A stretch of DNA of 64,000 nt, from NCBI RefSeq assembly GCF_006345805.1, contig NC_043015.1:42904001-42968000 (forward strand). The letters are read 5' to 3'. The notes under the pieces are model-generated. The model was not told the DNA's origin, did not search any database, and saw only the letters and a program-made list of their open reading frames with translations. Positions within the stretch are counted from its first letter, which is position 1. Every line of letters starts with the position of its first letter. Both the position numbers and the translations under genes were made by a program. This stretch comes from Octopus sinensis. Taxonomy: Eukaryota. This document shows, in pieces, positions 13,038 to 25,921 of this stretch.

Positions 13038-13071
<34 letters not shown>

Positions 13072-13330
13072 AATATATGTGCATGTATATATGTAAGTGC
13101 AAGTGTGTGTGTCTTTGTGTCTGTGTTTGTTCCCCCCACCACCCACCACACGACAACCAGTGTTGGTGTGTTTACGTCTCCCATCACTTAGCAATTCAGC
13201 AAACGAGACCGATAGAATACATGCCAAGCTTTAACAAAAAAATAAGTACCGGGCTTGATACGTCTGACAAAAATTCTGCAAGGTGGTGCCCCAGCATGGT
13301 CACAGTCTAATGACTGAAGCAAGTAAAAGA
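12876..13330 (+). mobile_element. SINE A, diverged full-length copy
   Basis: Head ggcacaggtgtggctgtgtggtaag through tail gactgaagcaagtaaaaga. Confidence 0.85.
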
Positions 13331-14325
13331 TGAAGAGCATAGACTCGAAACGTAAAAGACTTTTACATTTTTCCTGAGTGTCAAACTAATACACTTGCTT
13401 GTTGCTCCCTCATCTGTCTTTATCTTTTGTTTTTCTGTAAATTTCAACTATATATATATGTGTGTGTGTGTATATATATATATATATAAAATCAGAACAG
13501 ACCTGGGGCTTAAGAAAAACAAAATGGCAATCGCTGCAGCAGCACAAACCGTTAAACCAACCCTAAGATGACTACCACCACCACTGCTGCATAGGGAAAA
13601 GACAGGATGGTCATGGTTGGAATACTCTAGATTATAAATCTGCTTGGTCAGGTACAACCTAGGGCTAAACCCCACCACCACCAGTACCATCATCAGCATC
13701 CCCACAACCGCTACCATGAGCAGCAGCTGCAGTAGCACTACCACCACCATCATAATTACAAACAGCAGTACCCCACCTAGCACCATCACAACCACCATCG
13801 CACCACCACCACCATTAGTGTGATGATGACTACCATCATCAGCTGCAGTACTAGTGCCACCACCACTACTACTACTACCACTACTACCACTACTACCACT
13901 AGCAACAGCAGTAACTAATAAACATCAATTGTTTGTGAAAGTGCTTCAAATACATATGATTTGGAAAAGAAGAGTCAACAGAATTAATTCTACATGTTGT
14001 AATTACTCAAAGAAAACAGAGCCACTGTGACCATACATTTCTTTAAAGTACAGCTTGCTCTGGCTGGAACAATGAAGAGATAATGCGGTCACCATCATCA
14101 TCACTATCGTTACTGTCGCTATCATCATTGTCACTATCATCATCATCGTCATCATCATCATCATCACCACTACCATCATCATCATCATCATTGCCACAAT
14201 CACCATCATCATCGTCATTTTGCTGAGAGATTTTCCTATGGAAGGCATGATATTAGAGTAACAAATGGCCTCTCCCTCAGAGTAAAAGGCAGATTGCATA
14301 TAATATCTATGTATGAACAGCTCTG

Positions 14326-14940
14326 CTACATGGCAGTGAAACATGGGCTGTGACCACAGAGGACATGCAAAAACTTGAAAGAAATGAAGCTACCATGCTT
14401 TGCTGGATGTGCCATGTCAGTGTGCATGTATGACAGAATGTTAGTGCCTTGAGAGAAAAACTGGACATAAGAGGCATCATATGTGGTGTGCAAGGGAGAC
14501 GACTGTGCTGGTATGGTCATGTGATGCGTATGGATGAGGACAGCTGTGTAAAGAAGTACTGTTCTCTAACTGTGAAGTGAACCTGTGGAAGTGGAGGACC
14601 TTGGAAGACATGAGATGAGGTGGTTAAGCATGATGTTTGAATTTTGGGCCTCATGGAGGCAATGACGATTGACCAAGATCTTTGGCGATATGCTGTGCTC
14701 AGAAGACTTGTCAAGCCAAGTGAAATCATGGCCATGGCCTATGCTGGTGACACATACTGGCACCTGTGCTGGTGGCATGTAACAAGCACCCATTACACTC
14801 TTGGAGTGGGTGTCATTAGAAACGGCTTCCACCTGTAGAAATCATGCCACATCAGAATGGAACTTGGTGCAGCTCTCTGGCTTATCAGTTCCAATCAAAC
14901 TGTCTAACTCATGCCAGCATGGAAAGCAGACATTAAATGT
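14326..14940 (+). mobile_element. RTE-clade LINE 3' end (decayed ORF C-terminus plus 3' UTR)
   Basis: Translates to LHGSETWAVTTEDMQKLERNEATMLCWMC...RRLCWYGHVMRMDEDSCVKK...GGPWKT*DEVVKHD...DQDLWRYAV, matching the RTE motifs LYGSETW, RLRWYGHVMR, GRPRKTW and DRxxWR, with several in-frame stops. It runs directly into family-B sequence. Confidence 0.88.
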
Positions 14941-15155
14941 AGATTTGCAAAGTACTCGGTGACCCTGTCAATGCAGGTGCCACTTAAAGGCACCCAGTCC
15001 ACACTGTAAAGTGGTTGGTGTTCAGAAGGGCATCCAGCTGTAAAAATCCTGCCAAAACAGTCGCAGAAGTCTGGTGCAGGCTTCTGCCTGGCTGGCTCTT
15101 GTGAAACCATCCCACCTATGCTAGCATGGAAGGCAAAGGTTGAATAATGAAGATG

Positions 15156-15202
<47 letters not shown>

Positions 15203-15203
15203 T

Positions 15204-15365
15204 ACGACGAGCTTCCTTCAGTTTCCGTCTACCAAATCCACTCACAAGACTTTGGTCGGCCCGAGGCTATAGTAGAAGACACTTGCCCAAGATGTCACAC
15301 AGAGGGACTGAACCTGGAACCATGTGGCTGGTAAGCAAGCTACTTACCACACAGCCACTCCTGCC
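15204..15365 (-). mobile_element. SINE A, 5' half
   Basis: Reverse complement of the SINE A head and CORE-like segment. Confidence 0.85.
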
Positions 15366-16014
15366 CCTAAATACACACACACACACACAAACCAATATGA
15401 CACATAAAAGAAGATCAGAGAATAGCCTAATCAGGATTGAAACAGAAACCAGGACTACAAAGCAGCATGTTCGTATACACAAGTCAAATAATGATAATAA
15501 TAATAATAATAATAATGATAATAATAATAAAAATAATAAGAATGATGATGATGATAATAATACACTTATACAGATGTAAAATGAAATATATCTATAAATA
15601 ACATGTCAAAAATATAGATTGTGTGTGTACACATATATAAACATATCTGTACTTCTACATGAAAATATGTGCGAATATGTGTGTATGTGTGTGTACGTAT
15701 ATATATATATGTATGTCTGTGTGTGTAAAGGGCTGCTGTATATATGTGTGCGTGTGTTTGTCTGTGTCTGTACAGTTATATGTATGTGCAATGATTGATA
15801 GATAGCAATAGACAACTTGTCTCATGATGATTTGAGCACCACAACAGAAGCCAGTCAGCAGTCTGAGGAACTGGACAAAGCAATCTAATTACTGACAGTG
15901 TGGTAAGGAGATGATGGCATTGAAATGGTCAACAAGTGAGAGAGAGAAAGAGAGAGAGTGTGTTTTATATATATATGTATGTATGTAGATAGACAGGCAG
16001 GCATATGGTTGGCA

Positions 16015-16625
16015 AGCTAGATAAATAGATAACAAAAGGCTATTAGATAGATAGGTATACAGATAGGGAGATTGACTTATGGACAGATAGAGCTATTGAT
16101 AGATAGACAGATAGACCTATTCATAGACAGATAGATAGATAGGCCTATTGACAGATAGACCTATTGATAGACAGATAGACAGATATATAGATAGATAGAG
16201 AGAGAGAGAGATAGGCAGAGAGGCAGACAGATAGATAGACAGATGGATAGATAGGCCTATTGATAAACAGATAGACCAATGGATAGACAGAAAGACAGAT
16301 AGATAGATAAATAGATAGAAAGGCTATTAGATAGATAGGTATACAGATAGGGAGATTGACTTATGGACAGATAGATCTATTGATAGACAGATGGATAGAT
16401 AGATAGGCCTATTGATAGACAGATAAACTGATAGACCGACAGATAGACAGCAAGATAGATAGATAGATAGGCCTATTGACAAATAGACCTATTGATAGAC
16501 ATATAGACCGATAGATAGATAAGATAGAAAGATAGATAGATAGATAGACCTAATGATAAACAGAAAGACAGTAAGATAGATAGATAGATAGACTTATTGA
16601 TAGGTACACAGAATTATTGATAGAT
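16015..16625. repeat. (GATA/GACA)n tract with an ~85-bp block duplicated at ~16020 and ~16306
   Basis: 'aaaggctattagatagataggtatacagatagggagattgacttatggacagatag' occurs twice. Confidence 0.85.
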
Positions 16626-17024
16626 AAATAGATATATAAATTGATAAACAAGAGTCACAGGTGGTGGTAGAAATACTTAAAGAAACAGATAGAAAGATTG
16701 TTAAAGATAAAAAGGAGACGAGGTGGTGGTGGTGGGGGGGCGCTATGTTGAAGGATATTTGTAGCAAACAGGATCTGCAATCCTATGAAGTAAGGATAAT
16801 GGGGAAGTAGCATAAAAGAGAAGGGGAGGGACGTGGGGGTGGTAGTGAGAGAGGAGGGGGGCAGAAATGAAAGATCAAAGTAACTGTGAGGAGAGATACA
16901 AAAAAAATGGATGGTGAATTGATGAGGGAAGGGAAAGAGGAGGATGGAGGTAAAAGACAGGAACAGAAGAAAGTGATGTGTAGATGAGATGGATACAGAA
17001 GAAAGGCTATGAAGGAATGAAGGA

Positions 17025-17342
17025 GAGAGAGTGAGGGTGGGAGGGCTAGAGAAATACAGAGTGTGAGGGTGGGAGGGAAAGGGAGATACAGAGAGAGAGA
17101 GTGAGGGTGGGAGGGAAAGAGAGAGAGAGAGTGAGGGTGGGAGGGAAAGAGAGATACAGGGAGAGAGTGAGGGTGGGAGGGAAAGAGAGATACAGGGAGA
17201 GAGTGAGGGTGGGAGGGAAAGAGAGACACAAAGTGAGGGTGGGAGGGAAGAGAGAGAGAGAGAGTGAGGGTGGGAGGGAAAGAGAGATAGCGGGTGGGAG
17301 AGAGAGAGAGAGATAGCGGGTGGGGGAGAGAGAGAGAGAGAG
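17025..17342 (+). repeat. Purine-rich minisatellite (gagagtgagggtgggagggaaagagaga..., ~26-34 bp units)
   Basis: About 10 units, each with GGG tracts. Confidence 0.9.
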
Positions 17343-18007
17343 CATTGGGAAAATGCTTTGCCGGAATTTCTTCCAGCTCAGTGTTTCTGAGTTCAAATCC
17401 TGCAGGGGTTGACTTTGCTTTCATCTTTCTGAGGTCGATGATATTATGCAGTAAGTTGAACTCCAAGGTCAGTGTAATCAAATAATCCCCCTCTTACTAT
17501 AAAACAGCTGGCCTTGCGACAAAAACTGAAACCATTTTTACTACCATTATTATTATTATTATTATTATTATTAATAATAGTATTATCAATGTTGCATTAA
17601 CAAAGCCTGGGTCCTTGAAGAAACAATTGACTTGTGCCAAAATTCTTGACAATAATGTCTGCTAATTCTTACCAGAACTTTCTTTTTGGCATTGGAGAAC
17701 AAAAACCACTCTTGTTTCCATGCCAAAGAAGGAGGGAAATCCTGTACGTGATCGCTCCTCATGCCAGGAACAACAGACCGCCAGGTCTTAGATAACACAA
17801 AGTGCTACCATCATCATCATCATCATCATCATCAGCGTTTGATGTCCACTTTTTCCATGCTCGCTTGGGCCAAACCGAATTAAAGCAAATTTCCTACAGC
17901 TGGATGCTCTTCCTGTCACCAACCCTCGATTGTTTCCAAGCAAGGTAATATTTCCCTGGTGCCTTGCTGTACTCAAGAAGATTCATCTGCCATAGCAGAA
18001 TTGGTAC

Positions 18008-18135
18008 CGGTGCTGGTGCCACTTGAAAAGCACTTGTGTTGGTGCCACCTAAAAAACACTTGTGCTGGTGCTATATTAAGAACGCTTGTGCTGGTGCCAT
18101 GTTATGAGCACTGTGCTGATTCCACCTAAAAACCA
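18008..18135 (+). repeat. Degenerate ~27-bp tandem repeat (gcacttgtgctggtgccac.taaaa), about 5 units
   Basis: Related to the gtgccggtggcacgtaaaaagcac unit of family B. Confidence 0.7.
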
Positions 18136-18966
18136 CTCGCCCAATCAGGGAATTGAACCCATGATTTAGCGATTGTGAGTGCAACACCCTAACCACCAGG
18201 CCACGTGTCTTCACATCACATAATATAGCCAGAGAAAACTGCTAAAGAGATGGAATGGTCAGGATGGTCACAGTTGGATTGTCTTCGATGCTAAGTGTGC
18301 GCAAGCTGGACTTAAACAATAATGGTGATAGGGAGGGGTCTTTCAACCCCCCCCCCTGGTGCTAGGGAAGTAAAGCAGTCACAAACCAAAGAGAGAGCCT
18401 TTATGCAGTTACTCAACCTGCTAGAGACAGCAGCTGAATCTCGCCTGAATCACACTTTACCATCTGATTAACAGGACACATTACACAATATAAATATAGT
18501 CATAGAAAACCACAAAAAGCACAGGTTGGTCACAGCTGGGTTGTCTTTGATAATAAATGTGCTTGAGCCAGGGTTAGACAATAGCAGGGTGGGGGAGGTG
18601 GTGTTCTTGTCCTACTGAACTGTTGAAGTAAAGTGAAGGTGGAAGTGCATATGGATATATTGTGAGGTGGGAGGTGCCAGTCATACTGAGCAACCTGACC
18701 ACCACACCAAAGTTGGTGTCCTTTAGAAGATCCAGGTTATGATCAAAGGCATTCCAACCGTGACCATACCACAAAGTCAGACAGCAAAACTAATTAATAC
18801 ATTCAGAATCAAAGATGACTCTCCTATGTCCCCACCACCACCGTCCTACAGTTAGTTCCATCAGCAATGATGATAATGGTAATGGTGATGTCCTAAAGAA
18901 CATTATCTAACCTCCTTCCTGTCAATTTCCGGTATTGTGTTTACCATAGAAAGGGTTATTATATTT

Positions 18967-19248
18967 ATTAACCCATTAGAAGTTAGACAGGCCATGTCCT
19001 GCCTCTTACACCTACCCTTCAATGTCATTCTTGGGAAGCCAGAGGTTGTACCAGGTGACCCCTGTTGTACTCTTTCGCCCCAACTTTCTTTTACGCTTTC
19101 TTCCTGTTTCTTGAGTAATGCTGCGATGGACTGGCATCCTGTCCAGCTGGGGGGAACACATACGCTACAGAAACTGGGAAACTGGGCCCATGAGCCTGGC
19201 TAGGCTTAAGAAGGGTGCATAAAAATAATCTGAATGCTGAAAGGTTAA
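18967..19248. mobile_element. TTAA-flanked MITE remnant with a nested SINE C 3' half (19055-19225)
   Basis: Ends ttaacccattag... and ...tctgaatgctgaaaggttaa match the 43007-43235 family. The interior matches 51960-52135. Confidence 0.6.
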
Positions 19249-19249
19249 A

Positions 19250-20300
19250 GCAGCAAGTGTAATCATTGTTAGTGCATTGGATAAAATGCTTTGAGACAGA
19301 ATGTAAAGAGCCAGATGAACTGAGTTCAAATTCTACTAAGGTCACCTTTGCTTTTTCTCCTACTCAAAGTCTATGAAATAAAGTACCAGTTGAGTACAGG
19401 AAGGTGAAGTGGGTGCAATAGCCTCAGGTAATTCTTTTTCCTTAAAAACAAAATGCTAGCTTTGTGTCTAAATTAAAAACCATTGCCATTATTAGTACTA
19501 AGGTAAAGTCGGCAAGCTGGCAGAATTGTTAGCACGCTGGGCAAGATGCTTAGCGGTATTTCACCTGTTCCTACATTCTGAGTTCAAATTCTGCCAAGGT
19601 TGACTTTTGCCTTGCATTGTTTCAGAGTTGATAAATTAAGTTGGGGGGGGGGGGGGTCGATGTAATCGACTAGTCCCCTCTCCCCAAAATTTCAGACCTT
19701 GTGCCTTTAGTAGAAAGGTAAGGGTGGCAAGCTGGCAGAACCATTAACAAATTCCGCCGAGGTCGACTTTGCCCTTCATCCTTTCGGGGTCGATATAATC
19801 GACTTAATACCTATGTCTGTCTTTGTTTGTCCACTCTGTGTGTAGCCCCTTGTGGGCAGTAAAGAAATAAGAACCATTAACAGGTCTACTCTGCTTTTCG
19901 TCCCTTATATTTTTTTTTGGGGTGGGGGTCAATAAATGAAGTACCTGCTGAACACTGGTAGTGGTGGTGGGGTTTAATGTAATTGACTTAACCTCTTCCC
20001 CCTCCACCCAAGTAACTGGCCTTGTGCCAAAATTTGGCATCCTTATTAGTTAGTACAAAGGTAACGAGGCTGGCAGAACCATTTGCACATCGGACGAAGC
20101 GCTAAGCGGTATCTCTTCTGGTTTCACATTGAGTTCAAACACTGCCGAGGTCAACTTTGCTTTCCATCCTAAAATCAAATACCGCTCAAGTACTGGGGGT
20201 CAATGTAATCATCTTGCCCCCACCCCTAATGATGTGCCAAAAGTTTCAAAGAATTATCATTGTTATTATTATTATTATATTATTATTATTATTATTATTA
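19250..20300 (+). mobile_element. Cluster of 4-5 head-to-tail SINE D copies, including a nested D2 variant at 19750-19869
   Basis: Repeated gctggcagaa...gagttcaaattc...gaggtcgactttgcctttcatcc...taagtaccagttgag...gccttgtgcc blocks. Confidence 0.85.
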
Positions 20301-20483
20301 TTAATGTTTTTGCTGTATCATAAACTGAAGATTAGACATCACAAGCGAGAACTGTTGACCTTCTCCGGTTCACATTTCACCTGAACATATCAATCAAATC
20401 AAGTGAGGAGTTTCTATGCTGTCTCTTCACTTGCTAGAAATAGCAACCGAATCACTTTATCTACAATGATTGGACAAATGCTG

Positions 20484-20484
<1 letters not shown>

Positions 20485-20519
<35 letters not shown>

Positions 20520-20905
20520 CAGAGGGAGATATAATGAGAGAAATGGACAAATAAGGGAAGAGACAGGAAATAACACGATAAAAAAATAGAGAGAGACAAT
20601 AGGACAGACAAATTGCTAGAGAGAGAGAGAGAGAGGGAGAGCCAGACAGAGGAAGTGAGATAGTCAGAGTAAAGAAGAAGTAGGAGGGAGAGGTAGGTAA
20701 AGAGAGAGAAATAGCTAGAGAGAGAGAGATATAGATAAAGAGACAGATAGATAAATAGGCAAAGAGAGATAGACTGATAGATAGACAGATAGATAGACAA
20801 ACAGATAGATAGGTGTATATATATATATATATATATAGATAGAGACAAAGAGATAGATAGGTAATATATATATATATATATATAGATAGAGACAAAGAGA
20901 TAGAT

Positions 20906-20938
<33 letters not shown>

Positions 20939-21086
20939 TAGAGACAAAGAGATAGATAGGTATATATATATAGAGAGAGAGAGAGACAAAGAGATAGATA
21001 GGTATATATATATATAGAGAGAGAGAGACAAAGAGATAGATAGGTATATATATATATATAGAGAGAGAGACAAAGAGATAGATAGG

Positions 21087-21128
<42 letters not shown>

Positions 21129-21144
21129 CAAAGAGATAGATAGG

Positions 21145-21182
<38 letters not shown>

Positions 21183-21198
21183 CAAAGAGATAGATAGG

Positions 21199-21236
<38 letters not shown>

Positions 21237-21260
21237 TAGATAGATAGATAGTGAAAGAGA
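20485..21260. repeat. (TG)n, (GA)n and a compound ~40-bp unit gacaaagagatagatagg(TA)n(GA)n
   Basis: Direct inspection; about 9 compound units. Confidence 0.9.
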
Positions 21261-21754
21261 TAGAGAGTGTTCAATAACATAGAGACATTAGATGGGCTGC
21301 CAGAATTTTTTTTGAAAGAAAAATGAAATACTAAATGTATTGGGGGTATGTGTGTCTGTGTGTGTGTGGTAGTGATGTGAGATCAATAAGAGGAATAGAG
21401 TTGTGTCTAGCCAGGATGGAATGTGAAAAGAAGTGAGATTTAATTTGCACGTACACAATGGAAACATGAAATATAGTCACTTCGATATTATACAGACTCG
21501 ACAAGACAGACTTTCTTGACATTTTTTACATTAATTGTACAGAAGAAGAACAACAACAGCACCAGCTGCAGTAGCAACAATACTTGCAGCAACGATAATA
21601 ACAATAAAAGCAACAGTAACAACAACAGCAATAGCTGCAATGGTAACGAAATAACAGCACCAATAATACTAACAACAAACATTAGTAGCAACAGGGGCTG
21701 TAACTCTGATTAACAACTTCAACCACGACAAACTAACACTACTACTACTACTAT

Positions 21755-22205
21755 TATTGAATGAGGGAGCAGTGCATGCCATCAAAGTGACACTGGGGTA
21801 AAATATACGAAGCCCAATATACCCATCATGACTACCCGTCTGATAAGGGTACACCAGGCACATGCATCACAACCATATGTGCGCGACAGGGCGATCTCAT
21901 ATCAAGATAAACTGCGCATAACCTTGCAGGTGGGGGCCCAGTTAGAATTTTCTTCTGGTCGAGTAACCCATCCCACTCAAAAGGTCCTAGAATAAAGATT
22001 ATTTAAGAATGTTGAACGAACCAGCCATGTTTCCAAAGGTGAATTATCCAAACCTCCAAGAATTCCTTTCAAACACATGGCTATGATGCTCCCCCACTAC
22101 TTCAGGATCAGAAATGCACGTATCATCAGCCACTAAGGGACATGGTCAACTGGTTTAAGGTCAAACAACTGACAAGCAAATCTGTGTTATTGAGCAGAAT
22201 ATTCG
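21755..22205 (-). mobile_element. Family E retroposon copy
   Basis: Reverse complement of the 1920-2700 / 30980-31390 sequence. Confidence 0.85.
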
Positions 22206-22777
22206 AATGTTTGTGTTGCCCATAAGCTCCCTCCCTCCATCAATTCGTCGTTACCTGCACAGGTGCACAAGTGAGCCGCACGTCAGGTGTTGAAACGACG
22301 ACAGAGCAACATAAAATGAGGTGTTTTGCTCAGAAACACAAAGCACTGCCCAGTCTGCGGATTGAACCCCTGATCTAGTGATTTGTGAATGCAACACTCT
22401 TACCACTAGGCCATGCACTTTCAGGTGTAGGCCTGGCTGAGTGGCTAAGAACTTCACTTTGTAACTACATGTGTGGCACGTGGGGAAAATGTCTTCTGCT
22501 GTAGCCCTGGGCTGACCAAAGTCCTGTTAGTGGATTTTGAGATAGAACCTGAAAGAAACTCATTGTGTGTATGTGCATGTGTGTGTGTATGTGTGTAAAT
22601 ATTATCATCATCATTTAACGTCCATCTTCCATGCTGGCATGGGTTGAACAGTTTTGGAGGATCTCATGAATCAGGGGACTACATCAAGGTCAGCTGCCTG
22701 CTTTGGTTTGGTTTCTAGTTCTAGATGCCTTCCTAATGCTAACCTTTTTATATAATGGACGGGCACACACACACACA

Positions 22778-23035
22778 CATCATCATCATCATCATCATCG
22801 TTTAGCGTCCGCTTTCCATGCTAGCATGGGTTGGATGGTTCAACTGGGGTCTGGGAAGCCAGAAGGCTGCACCAGGCCAAGACTGATCTGGCAATGGTTC
22901 TACGGCTGGATGCCCTTCCTAACGCCAACCACTTCGTGAGTGTAGTGGGTGATTTTTACGTGCCACTGGCACAGGTGCCAGACGAGGCTGGCAAACGGCC
23001 ACAATCGGAGGGTGCATTTTACGTGCCACCGGCAT
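22778..23035 (-). mobile_element. Family B (RTE 3'-UTR) copy
   Basis: (CAT)n cgtttagcgtccgctttccatgctagcatgggttgg...cagctggatgcccttcctaacgccaaccac. Similar copies at 42362-42655, 48400-48860, 53672-53920, 55375-55585 and 57307-57442 (minus), and 49750-49945 and 58015-58237 (plus). Confidence 0.85.
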
Positions 23036-23064
23036 AATAATAAAATAAAAATAAATAAAATAAA

Positions 23065-23320
23065 TAAATGCACCCCTTTAAAGCCTAGCCAGGCTCATGG
23101 GCCCAGTTTCCTAGTTTCTATGGCGTATGTGTTCTCCAGCTGGATGGGACACCAGTCCATCGAAGCGTTACTCATTTTTGCCAGCTGAGTGGACTGGAGC
23201 AACGTGAAATAAAGTGTTTTGCTGAAGAACACAATGCGTCGCCCGGACCAGGAATCGAAACCACAATCTTACGATCATCGTGCTGACACCCTAACCCCAC
23301 TAAGCCACGTGCCTCCACTC
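23065..23320 (-). mobile_element. tRNA-derived SINE family 'C' (CORE-like plus V-like domain)
   Basis: Minus strand: ggaggcacgtggcttagtgg...ggtttcgattcc...gatggactggtgtcccatccagc...gggcccatgagcctggctaggc. Shares its 3' part with 51821-52135. Confidence 0.8.
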
Positions 23321-24162
23321 ACACATACATAGATGTATATTTCTTATGTGTGTGTGTGTGGGGGGGGGGGTGCACATGCCTTTATGTAAATGTTGGCTTG
23401 TTTCAATTTCCCAACTTAGCAATTTGGCAAAAAGAGACTGATAGAAATAAGTATCGGACTTAAAAACAAGCACAGGGGTCGATGTTCATTGACTAAAACG
23501 CTTTGAGGTGGTGCTCCAGCATGGCCACTGACCAATAAATTGAAAACAAGCAAAAGTATAAGAGGATAAAAGGATACAAACAAAACACACACTATTTCCA
23601 GTGCTGACTTTATTTACATGAGAAGTGGTTGGCACAGCTGGATTGGCAGTGGGGACGATGTTGATTCATTTGTTGAAATATCTCTTGAATTCCCTCTTGA
23701 CAATATTTCCAATGAAATATATTGCTGTTGTCTCAAGCAATTATGAATATAATCAAGAATTCCTATGAATTCTGTGAAAATGGCTAATTGGTGCACTCAA
23801 TCATTCCGTGACCCTATTGTTTAATTAAATAATATGCTGTCCACCATGTTTCAATTAATTTCGAAAATAATTAAGAATTTGGATGTAGGCTTTGGGAAAA
23901 TAACTGACTATACTATACATCATTAAGCTGGTGTTTGAGATGTATGGGAAGTTCTTGCCTAAAATTATGATGGAAACGGATTAATTTAAATACATACAGT
24001 AACAAGCATGGCCATGGGTTCAGTTCTCAGATTTGGTACATGTTGTGTTCTTGTGCAAAACATTTGTATTTGTGTGATTGCTTCAAAGTCTGACATGAGG
24101 TGCACTTGTGCATGAAGTGTCGATTTGAAGGAATGAATTTATGCGTAGCACAAACATTTGAT

Positions 24163-24620
24163 TCATCATCATCATCATCATCGTTTAACGTCCGTTTTCC
24201 GCGCTAGCACGGGTTGGACGGTTCGACCGGGGTCTGGGAAGCTAGGGGCTGCTCCAGGCTCCAGTCTGATCTGGCAGTGTTTCTACAGCTGGATGCCCTT
24301 CCTAACGCCAACCACTCTGTGAGTGTAGTGGGTGCTTTTTACGTGCCACCTGCACAGGAGCCAGGGGGGGGTCTGACATCGGCCACGATCGGATGGAGCT
24401 TTTAACGTGCCAGTGGCACGGAAGCCCCCCAAGGTGGCGCTGGCATAGTTCGGATGGTGCTTTTTATGTGCCACCGGCACAGAAGCCAGTCGGGGCGGCG
24501 CTGGCATCGGCCACATTCGGATGGTGCTTTTTATGTGCCACCGGCACAGAAGCCAGTTGGGGCGGCACTGGCATTGGCCACGTTCGGATAGTGCTTTTTA
24601 TGTGCCACCGGCACAGAATC
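24163..24620 (-). mobile_element. Family B copy with 5 internal ~62-67 bp tandem units
   Basis: Unit cggatggtgctttttatgtgccaccggcacagaagccag...ggcatcggccac starts at about 24331, 24394, 24455, 24523 and 24590. Confidence 0.85.
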
Positions 24621-25214
24621 ATCCGTGTCATTGCTCACTTCCTAACCATGAGATTATTATCCCACTTGGTTTACAAGTGTGATGGTGGGGTTTGCAATAG
24701 TCATGGGGCATCTGGTCATGGGAAGCTCTGCCCCAGAACACTCTCTCTCTCATCTGATCTATTGTCTGGAGATGAGAAACATGAGACTCAGCTCAGAGTA
24801 GCAACATTTAGTGAAGTTTCAAGCATCCAATATAAATCTCTGCATCCTGTATTAAATACATACGATTCTGTGTACCACAACACACACACACAAATATATA
24901 CATACATACCACAAATGTATACACATACAGATGATTCCAGAGAGACAAGAATACGGTTTCTAAATACGTTATACAAACAACATTGGGCAAACAATAACTA
25001 AACTAACAAACAAAAATAATATAAAAAAAAACAAACCAAAACAAGGACTTGGAACAACAGTTAAATGAAATGGTCATCTATTGGTCAGTTGATATATAAA
25101 TCTGAAGTGGTCCAAATCAACTAAGTGGCCTATAGAACTTTGCTCTAATTGGTCATCAATGAAATATCAATGTAAGACGAACTTTCATAAATAAGATAAC
25201 ATACTCTCAGCGAG

Positions 25215-25255
25215 TCTGTATGTATGTGTGTGTGTGTATATATATATATATGTAT

Positions 25256-25291
<36 letters not shown>

Positions 25292-25397
25292 TGTGTGTGT
25301 GTATATATGTGTGTGTGTGTGTGTGTATGTGTGTATATATGTGTGTATGTGTGTATATATGTGTATGTGTGGTGTGTATATATATAATATGTGTGTG

Positions 25398-25429
<32 letters not shown>

Positions 25430-25915
25430 ATATATGTGTGTGTGTATATATATATATGTGGTGTGTGTGTGTGTATATTATATATGTGTGTGTGTATATA
25501 TAATGTGTGTGTGTGTAATATATATATGTGTATGTGTGTATATATATATGTGTATGTGTGTATATATATATATATATATATGTGTATGTGTGTATATTAT
25601 ATATATGTGTATATATATATATATATGTGTATGTGTGTATATATATATATGTGTATTGTGTATATATATATATGTGTGTATATATATATATATATGTGTA
25701 TGTGTGTATATATATATATGTGTATGTGTGTGTATATATATATATATGTGTATGTGTGTATATATATAATATGTGTGTGTATATATATATATATATGTGT
25801 ATGTGTGTGTATATATATATATGTGTATAATATATATATGTGTATATATATATTATGTATGTATATATATGTGTATGTATGTGTGTGTAATATATATATA
25901 TATAATATATATATT
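25215..25915. repeat. (TA)n/(TG)n microsatellite field
   Basis: Direct inspection. Confidence 0.92.
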
Positions 25916-25921
25916 TTTTTT

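Noticed and set aside
24325-24620. CRISPR-like repeat/spacer appearance (also 18008-18135, 27455-28000, 32735-33060)
   Set aside because: The 'spacers' are homologous to each other, there are no cas genes, and the context is a eukaryotic intron. These are tandem repeats.
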